A DNA stretch of 64,000 nt, taken from the NCBI RefSeq assembly GCF_000143415.4, contig NW_003314289.1, positions 908,035 through 972,034 of the forward strand. Reading direction: 5' to 3'. Positions 59,493 through 64,000 of this stretch are shown in pieces (positions within the stretch are counted from its first letter, which is position 1; each line of letters starts with the position of its first letter). The translations under genes and the position numbers were made by a program. The notes under the pieces are model-generated. The model was not told the origin of the DNA. It made no database searches and saw nothing but the letters and a program-made list of their open reading frames with translations. The stretch is from Selaginella moellendorffii (Eukaryota > Plantae > Lycopodiophyta).

Positions 59493-61496
59493 ATGTCCCA
59501 AATGGACGATGACGGAGCTGCGCTTAGCGATTTCGAGGACGACGATCTGGAGGCCGCGCCGGTAGTGGTGCCGTCGAGATCTCAGGCGGCCGATCCGGCG
59601 GAGGATGGCGATGCGAGGTATGTGCTCCTCAAGAAGGAGCTGGATCGGCATCTGGAGGGCGAGAATGAGCTGAGGAAAGCCCTGGCGGATTCCTCCGAGA
59701 GGCTGGAACAGGTAGTGAAGCAGCGGGACGATGCACAGAGGCAGTTGGAAAATATTTCGAGGCAGAGGGAAGATGCGAGCAAGGCCAGGACGGAGATCGA
59801 GACGTCGGCTAAGCTGTTGATCGCTGGGGCGGAGAAGCTCACGGGTCTGGTCGGAGACAACAAGGGATTTACGGGAGGATTTCCAAGATCGTCCAAGTAC
59901 ACCGGCCTCGCAGCGATCTGCCATGGGTTTTGCAAGAGGACCGAGGAGCTCATGGAGGAGGTTTTGAAGCAGCGTGACGCTGCCATCAAGAGCAGGAACG
60001 AAGCTCGGAGCCAGATGGAGCAGAGGAACTACCAGATTGCTATCGAGGTTTCCCAGCTTGAGGCTTCGGTGGTTCGATCAAAGGAGGAGCTGGAGAGGAG
60101 AAGTTCGGAGTGGGAGAAGCTATCGACGGAGAAGCTGGGCGTGCAACGCGAGCTGGAAGAAAAGCTTGCGGCGACGTCCAGGGAGGTGGAGAACTTGAAA
60201 AAGAAATGTGAGAGCACGGAGGCTGGAGCTAGATCTTTGGAGAGCGACTTGGATGACTTGAGGAAGAAGCTCGTGGAGCAGATGAGAGGCTACCTTGCAA
60301 CCGAGGAATCCGTCGTGAATTTTCTGCAGAAGATCGAGGGAAAGGCTGTGAAGGCTGTTCCCGAGCTACCATTTTCGAACTTCAGCGACGCGGAAAGAGT
60401 TCACAAAGAATATTTGAGACGAGTCCAGTCTATTTCTGATACGTTGGCTCACATGAAGAACAGCTGGGAGGAGAAGGAAGAGCTAAGACTGAAAGAGAAA
60501 GCTGACGTTGAGACTGAACTACAGCGTTTGTCGCAGCGGGAGAAGGACATGGTTTCTTTCTTGAAAAACTCGTTGTTTGAGAGGAAAGACACGGGCGAGG
60601 AAGTAGACATGCCAACTCTGGTACGTATATATTTGCGGAAGCTTTTTCTTAGATTGTTTTTACAGGCCAATGTCATGGACAGTGAGCTGAGGAGCACGAG
60701 GTTGAAGGTTTTGGATTCAGAAAGACAACTAGCAGACGCGAGGTTGGTGCTTTTCTTATCTCTTGACCGACTAAAGTTTTTTCTTTTCCCAGCATGGAGA
60801 TTGAGAAGATGAAGAAACTTTCATCGTTGCAAGCAAAAGATTTGGCAGCAAAGACGGCACGCGTTCAAGAACTTGAACTGAGATATGGAATTGTTTCGGA
60901 AAATGTATATCGCTTGTTTTTGCCTCGAGTTCCTTTCTGACTTCTCATGTATCAGGTCGAGGGGCTTACCGCGGAGATTGCTGCCGCAGAAGAAGAGTTA
61001 TTGCGATGGAAGAAAGCGGCTACAGAGGAGGCAGCTGCTGGCGTAGCAATCCTGGAGGAAGTCGAAAAGTGCAATCAAGAGGTTATCATAATTCTCATTT
61101 CTCTTTTCCTTGTAAGGCTAATCAACTCGCATGTCATGCCAGATTACAACGCTGAACCAGCTGGTGGTTCATCTCAGACAGTCGCTAGAAGAGGCGAATA
61201 GCAAGCTTCAATCAAAAGAAGAGATGGCAGCAGCCGCAATAGCTGCCCGTAACGCTGCTGACAGGTCACTAAAGATTGCCGACGAAAGAGCAGCGGAGCT
61301 TAGGGAGCGCCTCGAAGAGATGTCACGGCAGCTGGAGGACGTAGAAGCTCAAGTGGAGAGGAGTAGAATCTGCGGGGGAAAGCTTCTGGAGGTGTTTCCA
61401 TGGCTGCAGGGAAGAATCAGTAGTTACAGGGCTAATCTCAGGCAGGCGACTGTTCCTTCGGCTGAGATGGAAGAGCTCACGGAACCTTTGGTGTAA
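59493..61496 (+). CDS. Conserved plant coiled-coil protein (At1g24560/At3g49055-like), multi-exon
   Basis: Long heptad-rich frame with FTGGFPRSSKYTGL, RNEARSQMEQRNYQIAIEVSQLEA, EEELLRWKKAA, SKEEMAAAAIAAR. Confidence 0.8.
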
Positions 61497-61537
61497 ATAT
61501 ACGTTCTCCAGCTTCAGGTAATTCGTGTTTTCTTATT

Positions 61538-62477
61538 TTACGTTTGGCATCGGTTCCTGCCTTTTGCAATTAAGTATATTTCTCGCGACGTAGATCTCGA
61601 TGCTTTCGGTCTTAACCACGACACTGATCTGAAGTATTTGTTGCAGTAGTCCGGAAAGCCTACACGAACAAGTACAAGATGAGATAGAGGACGGAAAACC
61701 GAGCAGCAAATCCTCTTACCTTGGCTCTCTTCACCTTCGAGCAGCTTGATCACGAGGCTTCCAGACGGTACAAGCAAGCCATTTACTTTCTTGGTGCTAT
61801 CTCTCTCGTCATCAGGGTGAAAGCCAAGCGCCAGTTCTAGAGCTCGAGAGCCAAGCTCGGCGGAAAGCGTCGCGTCTTTGAAGCCAATGCCTGAGACACT
61901 GGGACACATGTCGGAGAGAATGACATTATATGCTTTCTGCGAACACAAGTACGTACTCTTCTTCAAAAAGAAGAAATAAAAGAACTGATTTTTACCTCTG
62001 GTGTCATGGCAGCCAGTGTCTCGGGTTTGATCTTCATCACGTCTGCGGCAATGGCTTTCACCCGGTGATCAGTGTGGTCTCCTGGAACATTGATTTTCTA
62101 AACGAAGGTAGACGCAAATTTCAAAGTAGAAAACGGAAAGAGCTTACTTTGGTGTCGACACCAACAACGACTCCACCTTGGTCGCGTGTTCCCAAGTTCT
62201 GGCAAGCCACCTGAAAGAACCAGTGTAAGCCAAGTTTGTCTTTTTCAATCTTATTTCTGTCACACTAACCTGTAGCCACGCACCAGGAGCACACCCAAGG
62301 TCCAGAATGGCCGCTCCGGGCTTGAGTATCCGGTGCTTCTCTTGGATCTCCACCAGCTGATTGATCCAACAGATCAAGGAGTTACTCTATAGTGGGTCTT
62401 ACCTTGAAGGCCGATCGAGCAACATATCGAAGCCGGAGCGCCTCCTTGTAGAAGAAATCTGGGACATGCGAAGCCAT
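61538..62477 (-). CDS. FtsJ/RlmE-family rRNA 2'-O-methyltransferase (MRM2-like), multi-exon
   Basis: YVARSAFK|[58 protein letters not shown] (K-D-K-E tetrad). Confidence 0.93.
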
Positions 62478-62506
62478 AGCGACGCAACAGACCTAAAAAT
62501 GCTGTG

Positions 62507-64000
62507 ATGTACCTGAGGATCAAGCGAGCAACCACGTTGGTGGTAAGTTCTCTTCTCTTTCTTTCGTAAGCTTTTAATGGCTTTGTTTGTAGGCTGTGGC
62601 TGTGAGGAGGAGAAGCATAATTACGTTGAGCAAAGAAGAACTTGCCAAGGAATCGGACGTGTTGGAGTTTCTCGATAGCTTACACAAGGGGAAGCTCTCG
62701 CGGAACGAAGCAAACTACGCACAGGCTCTACACGCGTGTACCAAGCTCAAAGCTCTAGAGCTGGGCAGGCAAGTGCATTTCGAGATACACAGAAGCGGGT
62801 TCGAAGAGAATTTGCAGCTGGGGAATCACGTCATCAACATGTATGCCAAGTGTGGAAGCCTGGCAGAAGCTCGGGCTTTCTTTGACAAGCTAAGTCCCGA
62901 GAGACGGAACGTTTTCACTTGGACGGCGGTTATGTCAGCATATGCCCAAACGGGACACTGCAAGGAGACTGTGAAGCTGCTGGGTTTGATGCTGCTCGAG
63001 GCTGCCGTGAGGCCGGACAGGGTGGTCTTCATCATAATGCTCGAAAGTTGCTCCGGTACTGAAGATCTTCCAGAGGGTCGGATGATCCACCGTTTGGCCG
63101 TCGAGTGCGGGCTTGTCTCACAAGTTATGGTCGCCAACGCTCTCATCAACATGTACCGCAAGTGTGGGAGCCCGGTGCTTGCTCTTCAGACTTTTCAGTC
63201 GATCGAGGCCCCCAATATCATCTCTTGGACGTCGGCAATCGAGGCACAATCACAAAACTTCTGCGGAGGGCAGGCACTACACTTGTTCCACCGCATGCAG
63301 CTCGAGGGAGTGAGGCCCAACCTCATCACCTTTGCAGTGGTTCTAGAGGCTTGCGACTCTTCCAGGTTCTTGGACGATGCCAGGCTACTACACAAGTTGG
63401 CTATGGAGAATGGCTTTGACGGGGACTCGGTCGTCGGCACCATTCTCGTTCGCACTTACGTCCTGTGCAAAAGCTTGGACGACGCTCGAAAAACTTTCGA
63501 TGGCTTGAAGCTCAAGAGTTTGGTCTCGTGGACGGCAATGATCCAGGCGTATGCTGAGAAGGGACTAGACAAGGAAGCATTCCATTTGTACCGTGGAATG
63601 GGACAGGAAGGTCTACAACCGGATCGAGTAAGCTATCTTCTCCTGCTAGGCACTTGCGACCGTCCAGAGAAGCTGGAAGTTGGAAAGAGGATCCACTCTC
63701 AGCTAGCAGCAGGAGGATTTGAGAGGGACACCGCCGTGCAAATCGCTCTGGTGACCATGTATGGTCGGTGCGGGGATTTAGAGGCGTCAACTTCGGTGTT
63801 CTCGACGATCGAAAGAAGCTGTGACGACGAGATCTGCTGGAATGCCATGCTGGGAGCGTATGGCCAGAACGGACACCCGGACGAGGCATTTGCTCTCTTC
63901 CGCAAGTTCATGCTCTTGGGACTCAAGCCCAGCAGGCCCAGCTTCCTCACCATCCTCGGCCTCTGCGAGAGTCTACACACTGCCAGGACTCTCCACGAGA
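62507..64000 (+). CDS. PLS-class pentatricopeptide repeat protein, truncated by the window end
   Basis: Exon 62507-62542, intron 62543-62592, then NHVINMYAKCGSLAEARAFFD, NVFTWTAVMSAYAQTG, SWTAMIQAYAEKG, WNAMLGAYGQNG repeats. Confidence 0.93.

Noticed and set aside
62826-63980. Several short ORFs listed in the track
   Set aside because: Shadows of the PPR frame, which the track omits because it has no stop within the window.

Overview
Eukaryotic plant genomic DNA. Very short (~45-65 nt) GT-AG introns, tiny intergenic spaces, a PLS-class PPR gene and a probable axonemal gene suggest a Selaginella-like lycophyte (inference only). About 3.5-35.1 kb is one deeply nested transposon block. An old minus-strand LTR element (C') is split by a Helitron (3757-32815), which is split by a Ty3/gypsy element A (6460-30623). 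A itself carries three further LTR elements: chromovirus B (7035-11958), non-coding element C (12068-18695) and non-coding element D (22288-29761). Each LTR insertion has a readable 5-bp target-site duplication (TSD). Element B shows a Tf1-type self-priming primer-binding site (PBS) and a GGGAAAC -1 frameshift signal. Outside the block is a gene-dense region: two GH18 class III chitinases (one fused to a hevein domain), two inverted tRNA-Lys + D27-like carotene isomerase units, tRNA-Leu, a bulb-type lectin, a lectin fusion with an unidentified N-terminal domain, two FMOs, a glyoxal oxidase, an AAA-ATPase pseudogene, several scrambled copies of neighbouring genes, a FAP85/TEX49-like gene, a coiled-coil gene, an FtsJ/RlmE methyltransferase and a PPR gene running off the right end. 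All family calls come from motif recognition by eye; no searches were run.
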